From NCBI RefSeq assembly GCF_009914755.1, contig NC_060925.1: a DNA stretch of 64,000 nt; one strand, written 5' to 3'. This DNA is from the human T2T-CHM13v2.0 reference genome, Homo sapiens. The notes beneath the pieces are model-generated. The model was not told the DNA's origin. It saw nothing but the letters and a program-made list of their open reading frames with translations, and did no database searches. Every line of letters starts with the position of its first letter. Positions within the stretch are counted from its first letter, which is position 1. The translations under genes were made by a program, and so were the position numbers. Shown here one piece after another: positions 53,181 through 64,000 of this stretch.

Positions 53181-54921
53181 TGATTTTAGAACCAGAAAAG
53201 GACTTAATATGTAAATTCTGAAAGTTCTGGAGATGGATGGTGGCGATGGTTGCACAACAATGTGAGAGCACTCCATGCCACCACAGTGTGCACTGAAAAT
53301 GGTAAGATTTACACTCTGTGCATTTTACCCCAACAAAAGAAGAGAAAAATACATCCCATCCCGTCATTCTCCTGGGAGAGGCCTTCACCAGGCCCTGTGT
53401 GGGGCGCAGGTCTGCGCTGGCCTCGAGGCCCCCACAACCCATGGCCCCCAGCACCCCGCAGCACAGACCCACTGCCTGGGTCTTTCTCCCTCGTCTGCTC
53501 CTCCCTGGAGCCCCAGCTCCATGAGGGTGGGACTTTGCTTTGCTGCCTGCTGTATTTCCACAGCCAGATGGCGCCTGGCACGGAGAGGCGCTCCATAAAC
53601 ACCGAGCCAATGAGCAAGAGCTGCAGGCTCTCAGGACGGCTGTGTGGAGGCTGTGCAGCCCATCAGCATAGGCGACCCCGGGACAGACAGTGCTGTGTGC
53701 CCATGAGCATAGGAGACCCCAGGATGGACAATGCTGGGAATAGCTCCTGGGCGGCTGCTGCTTCTGGAGCCACTGCCACCAGGTCCTGGGCTGTGGTGAG
53801 GGAGGCGGGAGGCAGGCGCCTGGCAATGGGCTTAGTACATGCTAGCTCATGGCTGGAGGGAAATCCCTTCAGTTTGCGACATCCGTGTCCTCGTTTGTGT
53901 ACTAATCACAATGAGTGTGTGCTGAGCCACTGAGGGTCACTGAGCACACGAGTCATCCACACCACGATGCGGACCTGAGCCAGAGGCTCACTCCTCATCC
54001 CAGGGTCTGCCTGCCTCCTTCCGCCTCCTGTGTCCTTTTCTGATTGTGACTCTGACGTTCCAGCATTTGGTGGAAATGTCACGGTGACTTTTTGCCATAG
54101 GAAGTTCAGCCTATATTCAGCCACATTTGATCTTTTTTCCCCATTCGTACCCATTTCTTCTTTTAAAAATCTGTGGTAAGAACACTTGACATGAGCTCTG
54201 CCCTCTGAATAGCTCTGCGTGCGCTGTGCAGCCACGTGGGCTGCAGGCCTGAGGTGCCAGCAGGTCCCAGAACTCATTCACCCGGCACGGCTGAAAACTC
54301 AGGTCTGCGGAACGGAAACTCCCTGTGTTCTGCCACCTTTATATCTTTTTTTTAAGGAAATTTTCTTTCAACTGAAGGAAACTTCATCATAAAATTAGTG
54401 TTATGAAGCTAATTCATATCCCAGAAGCTGGGAGGCTGAAGAGGAACACATTTATATTCAACCAAATAGTATTTGTTCCCAGTACATATGACACCCCCAC
54501 AGGCTTAAAGAGTAAGGGCTCATAGAAACAGAATGTTTACCTGAAACCTTCCCTTTTTAATGCGCTGAAGTCAGACCTTTATAGTCAAGCTGATTTTTCT
54601 CCTTTGCCTCTGAAGGTGGCTGGAGAGCTGTGGAGGAGAGCAGCTCTGTGCCCACAGCCCCTGGTCCCTCCCTAAACCTCAGCAGCAGCTCACATCAATT
54701 CTGACAGAGGATGGAGGGGCAGGAAGAGTATCTGCCACCCAATTCCACCTCTCCATGGAGGGCTTCTGTCATCCACCCCAAAACTAACCTAAAAAACCAA
54801 AAGGAATCAAGATGCTCATTTGCATAATCCCATGAAAAATAAGTCAAGTATGATGTGGATCTATACAGCAAAATACATCTCAGCTAAAAGCACACAGGTG
54901 AAAGACGTGTTAACTTCCAAC

Positions 54922-55029
54922 CTGAACTTCAGCCTGAATTTCTTTCAGTGCTGCCAGCTGCCCTTGTAAAGCTTTTATTTCTTCTTTCTTTTGTTTTTCT
55001 GCTTCTTCTGTAGCCGCTTTTCTCCGTGC
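54922..55029 (-). CDS. CEP104: CEP104 exon 15 (coiled coil)
   Basis: ccag|GCA CGG ... CAG|GTTGGA; ARRKAATEEAEKQKKEEIKALQGQLAALKEIQAEVQ; 108 nt. Confidence 0.92.
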
Positions 55030-55446
55030 CTGGTAAGAAAATTATTTTTCCATTAGAACAGCTTGTTAGGGTAATCTTAGAAACTGGGAGACAAATTATG
55101 GCATATCAACTATATTTCTTATAAATTATAATATTCACTAAGACTAATAACAAGTTAGAATAAGTCTTTTCCATTGATTTCATTGGTGTCTATTGATAGA
55201 TAAACCCGCTGTGTCCTCACGGCTATCGTTATTCCGTTTGCAGCCTGGGAACCTAAGGGTCTCACTGGCAGAAAGTGGAGCAGCCGGGATCTGAATGCGG
55301 GAACCTGTGTTCTTTCTTAGCCAGGACGCCGGGGCTTCCCATACACGTGGCTCCTTCAAATGACATATTTACTTATTTACGTACCGAGTAACTGAGTAAC
55401 TTCTTCAACACAGGATGACATCACAACTTCACCAAAGTTAACTCAC

Positions 55447-55653
55447 CCTCATCTCAGCATCTGTAGCTCTGCCATCTATTTTAGCAAATCCCTCAAAAAT
55501 TGTTTTGTAGAGAATGTTCCTGCGTGTGTTGCTGTCGTCTGGAGGAAGGTACTCCAGGATGGAAGCCTGGTGCTGTCTGTACATGTCCAAAATAATTCGA
55601 ACCGCCGTCTCGCGGACCTCATACACTCTATGCTCCAGGGCACTCACTGAAAA
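55447..55653 (-). CDS. CEP104: CEP104 exon 14 (TOG/HEAT)
   Basis: ttag|TTT TCA ... AGG|GTGAGT; FSVSALEHRVYEVRETAVRIILDMY...AEMR; 207 nt. Confidence 0.95.
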
Positions 55654-55964
55654 CTAAAGTTGGGAGGGGCTCTTGTGACTGATTCTTAAAATAAAACTAA
55701 TTTCTTCCAGCTTACAAAAAAGGTACATTATAAACATGTGAAAAATAAAAGAGAAAACATCCGTATTAAGTATTATGAAATACTTCAAACATAAAACCTC
55801 ACGGATCTACCGTCTCATCGTAAGCCGTGTTATACTTTCATCACGCTTGTTTTGGATCTTTTTTAAGAAACAGAACGCTGTGGCTATAGTGCAATTTCAT
55901 CCCTGCTGTGCGTCTCGGGGGCCCACAGTTTCTCATCCTCCTTGGAGGTGTGCGCTCCTGCGTA

Positions 55965-56103
55965 GCCGATGTGCAGATTTCAGGTTTTTGGATTTGGGAT
56001 CCAAACCAGTAAGTATAATGGAAGTATTCCAGAATCCGAAAACAATCTGAAATCCTAAACACTTCTGGTCTTAAGCATTCCAGATAAGGGGCTTCAACCT
56101 GTA
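55965..56103. mobile_element. Tigger4/MER46-like DNA transposon end
   Basis: cacttctggtcttaagcattccagataagggg..tcaacctgta resembles the recalled terminal sequence, ending in TA. Confidence 0.55.
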
Positions 56104-56146
56104 CCTGATATTCTGCATCACACTGCTGTTATTGTCTCTTAAAGAC

Positions 56147-56450
56147 AGGCCGGGCGCAGTGGCTCACGCCTGTAATCCCAGCACTTTGGGAGGCTGAGGC
56201 GGGCGGATCACGAGGTCAGGAGATCGAGACCATCCTGGCTAACACAGTGAAACCCCGTCTCTACTAAAATACACGAAAAAATTAGCCGGGCATGGTGGTG
56301 GGCATCCTGTAGTACCAGCTACTTGGGAGGCTGAGGCAGGAGAATGGCATGAACCCAGGAGGCAGGGCTTGCAGTGAGCCGAGATGGCACCACTGCACCT
56401 CCAGCCTGGGCGACAGAACGAGACTCCATCTCAAAAAAAAAAAAAAAAAA
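56147..56450 (+). mobile_element. AluY
   Basis: gagatcgagaccatcctggctaacac and agaatggc diagnostics; aaagaca TSD. Confidence 0.9.
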
Positions 56451-56700
56451 GACAAAGAAATATTTTTTATGATTTGTTTCTCTCCACAGATAAAGATCTG
56501 CACACACCATGCACCACCGAGTAGGATTAGACAGCAGGACGCATGTGGGGGCCCCCATTTGTTGGATGAAACACTGGCTATTTTTCTGAAATCACTGCCT
56601 CAGTCATTCCTTCAACAAATGCCGATGAGACCCTCGCCACGCTCCAGGCACTGTGGTGAGTGCTGGGCCGCGTGGTGTGTCACACGCGAGGTCCGCTTAC

Positions 56701-56877
56701 CTTCATCACGTTGTCAATGGTGAAGCCCGAGCTGCCAGTGCCCAGGTCTTTCAGCAGCCGGGCCAGGAGGCCCATCTGACTCATTGCCAGGTGAACTGAA
56801 GAGTTTGCTTTCAATGGCTGCACCAGGTAGGATGGAATAATTTGGAGAGACTTAACTTCTTTAAACAAGGCCATTTC
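56701..56877 (-). CDS. CEP104: CEP104 exon 13 (TOG/HEAT)
   Basis: atag|GAA ATG ... AAG|GTAAGC; EMALFKEVKSLQIIPSYL...DNVMK; 177 nt. Confidence 0.95.
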
Positions 56878-57857
56878 CTATGAAAGCCAAGGTAATTTGT
56901 TAATTTTTACTGGAAAATGCTGGAGGCAGTTTAGTACAATTCAGCATGATCTTAAACTAAACACTGAAGGGAAAAACAGGGAAATACAGATTGATAGTGA
57001 CAAGGAGCAATGAGAGCACTGATCCGTAAGCTTGTATTTCTATTTAAAGCGTAACAACCATTAGAAATGAAAATCTGAGCCACAGGAAATAAAATCATGA
57101 AGAATAAAACGATTTTATGTCTACTGAAAGCTTTTCAGAAGCGTAATTGAAAACTTGAAGGTTTCTGTTCTCAGTGTTCTCAGCTTCAAGGAAAAGGTTT
57201 TCTCATTTCTAAAATTCTAAAAGAAATTAGAGCTGCTGCTAGAATCACCGTTATTTTAGTATTTATTAAATGTCAGCCAAGAGTGTATGATTCTGCAGTG
57301 ATACGGTCACCAGTGGGTTAAGATGGAAAAAATGTAAGTACCATTACATATTTGAATGTCTCTAAACAAACAAGTCTTTACGTAATTAAGATATTTATCA
57401 CTTAATTAACCGGATATAGAGAAAAAAATAAGATGTTGAATCATTAAGTTACAATCAGAAATAAACCTGTTTCCAATAGGTCTGCAGGTCTTATCACCTA
57501 AAATAATCTCTTATCGTGCTGGCCTGACTCACTCTGGATTTGGGCCTGTGAGTGACTCTGTACAAATCTAAAAGCTAAGAGAAGAAGAGCATTCTCCAGG
57601 GAAGTTTGGACAGTAAACTCCTTAACTACAAACAGATGCTGTTGAGTGTGTATTTCGTCCACTAACCGGCACACTGGTGCACAATTGTAACCCTCAATAG
57701 ATTGCCTTAAGGTTGTCTCACATAGAGAGAACATTTGAGCACCACCAAACTGCTCAGAAATTAATGTGGCTTAAAAATAATTAAATGAAGCAATAACATG
57801 TGCTCATTTGCAACATATCTTTTGAAAGATGAACCCTCCTCACCCCCAAATTCTAGC

Positions 57858-58173
57858 TGTCATAACCAGGAGTGTATTGTAGCACATTAGGTCGTAACCA
57901 GGAGTGTATTGTAACCAGGAGTGTATTGTAACCAGGAGTGTATTGTAACCAGGAGTGTATTGTAGGTCGTAACCAGGAGTGTAGTGTAGGTCGTAACCAG
58001 GAGTGTAGTGTAGCACATTAGGTCGTAACCAGGAGTGTAGCGTAGGTCGTGACCAGGAGTGTAGCGTAGGTCGTGACCAGGAGTGTAGCGTAGGTCGTGA
58101 CCAGGAGTGTAGTGTAGGTCGTGACCAGGAGTGTAGTGTAGGTCATAACCAGGAGTGTAGTGTAGCACATTAG
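57858..58173. repeat. Composite minisatellite of 17/24/32-bp variants of gtcgt(a/g)accaggagtgta(g/t)tgtag
   Basis: accaggagtgta core repeated about 13 times. Confidence 0.95.
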
Positions 58174-58302
58174 CATGACAGCATTTCTTCTTACCTTTTT
58201 ATTAGCATTCCTTTTCCTTATTTACTCTGAAAATTTAGGTTTATTAAATGAAACTAGATCTGTGGTTCCTCATATTTTGGAGAAATGACCCCTTTGGATT
58301 CT

Positions 58303-59014
<712 letters not shown>

Positions 59015-59468
59015 TAGTTTAAAGATTTTCAAATTATGGTGCATAACTGTGTGCCCCAAAACTCATACATTTATCTCTATCTCAATATTTCCCATAATAT
59101 CTAGCCTAGAGGAGGCATATTTGGTGAAAGAATGAAAATATTTCTATTAAGACAGTTATATTTTTTATTTCTTTACCCTCAGATTTTCTCTTTTGATATC
59201 ATTTTCTGTATGTTTTTATTTATTTAAAAAATTAATGGCATATGTTGGATAAAAAAAACATTGGAAAAACCCAACTGTAGATTTTAACTGAAGTTTATGT
59301 CTAAGACAAAACTGACCTTTTAGAGCATAAGGAAAGTGTGATGGTGAATCCCTGAGAATAATGTTAACTGAGTAGAGACAGAATCTTGTAAAAGGTGTTA
59401 AGAAAGCCAGAGAGCTACAGGAATATGTTTATCATCTACGGTTTCAAATGCCGTGGTGAAGTTCAGAC

Positions 59469-59642
59469 CTGAATAAAATTTGCAGCTGTGACGCGGAGGC
59501 GGGCAGAAGAATCTCCAGTTCTGGTGAGCAAAACGGGAATGGTCCTCTCCACACAGTGAGCTGTTTCAAGTTTACTCAGTTTATGTTTAGGAATATATTG
59601 TGTAATGATCATTTTCAACAATTTCAAAGAAGCCTGAAAAAC
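59469..59642 (-). CDS. CEP104: CEP104 exon 12 (TOG/HEAT)
   Basis: ttag|GTT TTT ... CAG|GTCTGA; VFQASLKLLKMIITQYIPKHKL...AANFIQ; 174 nt. Confidence 0.94.
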
Positions 59643-59859
59643 CTAAGAGAAAAGTGATGAACACGGATGAGTTACTACGGTGCAATTCCACCAAGAGGAA
59701 ACATGGCATTTACTATCAGTAACACATACGAACATTATATCGAAAATGACATCTCGTCTGAAAGGCTGAAAATGGCAAACTGAAAACTGCTTTCTAAACA
59801 CAGCACCTTGCATATAGAGGACATATGCTCTTACTTCACTCTGTCAGAAATCACTCCCC

Positions 59860-60115
59860 ATCTTCCCTTCATACCGAGTATCTAACATCCCTGCTTCAAT
59901 GGGTAAGCCCAAATCTTCCCTTCATACCGAGTATCTAACATCCCTGCTTCAATGGGTAAGCCCAAATCTTCCCTTCATACCGAGTATCTAACAACCCTGC
60001 TTCAATGGGTAAGCCCAAATCTTCCCTTCATACCGAGTATCTAACATCCCTGCTTCAATGGGTAAGCCCAAATCTTCCCTTCATACTGAGTATCTAACAG
60101 CCCTGCTTCAGTGGG
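59860..60115. repeat. 53-bp minisatellite, about 4.8 copies
   Basis: Unit atcttcccttcataccgagtatctaacatccctgcttcaatgggtaagcccaa; copies start at 59860, 59913 and onward. Confidence 0.95.
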
Positions 60116-60531
60116 CTGTTAGAAGCCCAACTGTGCAATGTCCATTCTTAAGGCCCATTCAGCATTAGAAAAAACAGTAATTCTCAACCTCATCAGGTTT
60201 CATGCAAAGTGAAAACACAAACTGAAGATGTGGTAGCATTGAACTAGGCCTCTACAAACGCCTGGCTTTGCAGACCATGGAAAAGCTAACACTGCTGGAG
60301 ACCAGAGACAATGACCCAAGCAAAGGCAGATTTCCCAGACCCTTCATGTAAGATCAGTTGCACAGTATAGCTCTTGCTAGAGAACCTCATTTCTTAGTGA
60401 TTCTATTGAGTTACAGTTGGTGACCACGTCAATGACCAACTGGTCCTCTCTCAAGCTGCTCTGGTCTTCTGTGGTACGGCGCATGATCTCATCCATGCAC
60501 GCTGGAGCCAGCGCCAGCTGAGGGCACTCAC

Positions 60532-60699
60532 GGAGGTCACAATGTCCTTTATGGCTCTTCTAACGAGAAAGACGGATGCTCTCAGTGTGTTCTTTAAATC
60601 TTCTTTTGGGGTTCCAACAGGCATTTCCATTAACTTCTTAGACAAGGCAAGCAGTGCATCCTCTCGGTAGGACCACGTCTTACAATAGGCCTCAGCAAC
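60532..60699 (-). CDS. CEP104: CEP104 exon 11 (TOG/HEAT)
   Basis: gtag|GTT GCT ... TCC|GTGAGT; VAEAYCKTWSYREDALLALSKKL...DIVTS; 168 nt. Confidence 0.95.
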
Positions 60700-60964
60700 C
60701 TACCACAAAACAGGCAGCATTTCATGGCATCACACAACCATCCTCCAACACTACACAACTTGAAGGCTTTGTTTTTTTTTTAACTAAAATGATTCATTTC
60801 TAAGAACAGAACTTTTATAAATGAAAATGATTCATTTCTAATAATAGAACTTTTACAAATAAATATGTATATTTAGAGAAATAATTTTCTCTGATAAGGA
60901 AATTTAAGACTATGTTAAAATATAAAAAGTATTAAATTCTCCAAGAGAAATATTTTAAAGCTGA

Positions 60965-61926
<962 letters not shown>

Positions 61927-62097
61927 GTTAACAAAAGACTTTCCAATTCAGGAAGAACAAAGGGAAGTCAACAATATTACAAATGCAAAGCCGTGGGCGT
62001 TTTCCCTCCTTTATGTGTAAGTACACAGAGGTGTGCGTACCATATAGACTAGCCTCCCCTCTGCCACCCCGTTTTTTTTTTTTTTTTTTTTTTTTAC

Positions 62098-62295
62098 CAA
62101 GGTTTCTCCCAACACATCGATGGCAGAGCTGGCTTCTCTCAAGGCCTTCTCGGTTAAGGGCTCTGGCTCCCCTAACATGCCTCCCCTCCGAGCATCGCTG
62201 ATGTCTGCATTACTCATTTCCGGCTCCACCACTGCCTCCCCATAATGCTTACGAATAGCTGGAAGAGGCCGCTCATCGTAGGGCAGGGACTCTGC
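62098..62295 (-). CDS. CEP104: CEP104 exon 10
   Basis: gcag|GCA GAG ... TTG|GTAAAA; AESLPYDERPLPAIRKHYGEAVVEPE...LGETL; 198 nt. Confidence 0.94.
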
Positions 62296-62894
62296 CTGCA
62301 GTGAGTGAAGGAGAGAGGAAAGTGCTGGGGAGCTCCATAGGTCACATTCTCCAGTGCAACTCTCACTGGCAGGCTTACTGCGCTTACTTACCTGATCTGA
62401 AAGATGTTATTTTGCTAAATATCAGTATCATCAGATTAGAATAATTTATACAACAAATAGGATGTAATTGAAAAGATTAGATGAGGCTTTCTATTACTTT
62501 CTAAACTCATTACAGACCTAATAAAAAAAAGCAAGGTAGATTCCACCTCAATGACTGTTTACTGGTAGCAATTTCAGTTCAACTGACATGGAGACTACTA
62601 AAGTAAAGGCTATTACATCTTTTTTTCTGACAAGATCTCTGATATTTTCTTAGTTTATTGCTTAGAAATAAGCATCAAGCCTGATTTTAATAAACATGCT
62701 CACAAGGTGTCATTAGGCCTATTCCTTATGTGGCTATGCTCTCACTCAGCACTATGGCTCCTAGAATGGAACAGAGGTGGGTCTGGCTGGGGAGCACTCA
62801 TGCACCCCATGCATGGGAACAGCACCTGGCACAACACATGTCCTTTACAAATACCCAAATAAATTGAACGCCAATCTGAAACAGAATTACCTAC

Positions 62895-63122
62895 ATTGAT
62901 CTTTGGATGAGGATCTGTGGCAGGGAGTAACGGGTCTACTGCAGAATGCTGAGGAGAAATAGTTAGAGAATATGATGAAGGCTTTTCCTGAAGGAAAGGT
63001 TCTGCAAACTGGTTTTCTGTTCCTCTTTCTTCCAGTTGTGGTAGTGAGGGCATTGGCTTTTGGTGGCAAGGACTGCCAGAACGAGCGAGGGGCTGGAGGG
63101 GCAAATCAAAAGGTCTTCGCAT
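62895..63122 (-). CDS. CEP104: CEP104 exon 9 (gene continues beyond window)
   Basis: ctag|ATG CGA ... AAT|GTAGGT; MRRPFDLPLQPLARSGSP...HPKIN; 228 nt. Confidence 0.92.
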
Positions 63123-63765
63123 CTAGAGAACAAAAAGGAACATTTAATTTCAAATGCCACTGCCACGCCAGATATATCTATCTCATTCCTTCAGATGAAT
63201 AAGACTTTAGAAAGCTGTGCTGGAAGAGGCTCCTTGGCACAATGAAAAATTTCAAAACCAAAGAGAAACTTCCACAGAGTGAAATCTACTTGAAAGTCCC
63301 ACACAATCAAGTTGCACTCATCTCAGTTGTCTCTCCACATTTCTGTGTTGACTACAAAAGTGACATACACATCCAAAATGCTAGTGAAGGAATGAGCATT
63401 TGTGCATGGAGCATGTCCACACATATGTGCCCCTGCAGGAGCACGGTGGTGTGGAGAAAGCACCTGGGCTGGACCCAAGTGGACTTTTATTCAAAATCTG
63501 GCACTGCTATTCACTGTGTGTACAAAGGAAAGTGATGTTGTGTCATCCCAACAAGCAAAGCTGACTGACCAGTTGCTGCACACTAGGCATGGTACTGAGT
63601 GTTTTGGACAGGTAGGCTCATTAATGCTTACTCTTTTTACCCCCATTTGAAAGCTGATGGAAAACTGAGGCATAAAGCTGATAAGAATTAGTCTGTGATC
63701 ACAGAGCTGGAATGGTGGTGCCCGGATTTGAACCCAGACAGTCCAGCTCCAGAGTGTGCTCTCTT

Positions 63766-64000
63766 GTTTTTCAGAGGCAGGGTCTCGCTCCATCACCAAG
63801 GCTGGAGTGCAGTGGTGCGATCGTAGCTCACTGCAGCCTCGAACTTCTGGGCCCAAGTGATCCTCCTGTCTCACTCTCCTGAGTAGCTAGGACTACAGGT
63901 GTGTGCCACCAGGCCTGGCTATTACTTACTTTTTGTAGAGACAGGGTCTCTCTATGTTGCCCAGGCTGGTCTCGAACTCCTGGGCTCAAACAATCCTCCA
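63766..64000 (-). mobile_element. Alu (J-like), runs off the window
   Basis: Reverse Alu motifs. Confidence 0.85.

Overview
Human (or closely related hominid) genomic DNA that I recognise as chromosome 1p36.32. It holds three protein-coding genes. SMIM1 (Vel blood group antigen, + strand) has both coding exons, giving 78 aa. LRRC47 (- strand) is complete, with 7 coding exons and 583 aa. The 3' part of CEP104 (- strand) has 14 coding exons, apparently exons 9-22, and its 5' end lies beyond the window. Every exon boundary was read by eye as GT/AG with continuous frame. Between LRRC47 and CEP104 is a nested ERV/LTR cluster (MER4-group, THE1, MST, solo LTR3). It includes a deleted and rearranged HERVK13/LTR13 (HML-4-like) provirus with an in-frame gag-RNaseH-integrase fusion broken by one stop, a 342-codon env ORF, and an inverted pol duplication replacing the end of its 3' LTR. 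There are also about 40 Alus, a 7SL pseudogene and four VNTRs. I see no convincing wholly new biological system. The best leads are the provirus architecture, the SMIM1 enhancer haplotype, inverted Alus in the CEP104 3' UTR, and unusual CEP104 splice donors. Repeat family names, rs identifiers and exon numbers come from memory, not from a search, and repeat boundaries are approximate.
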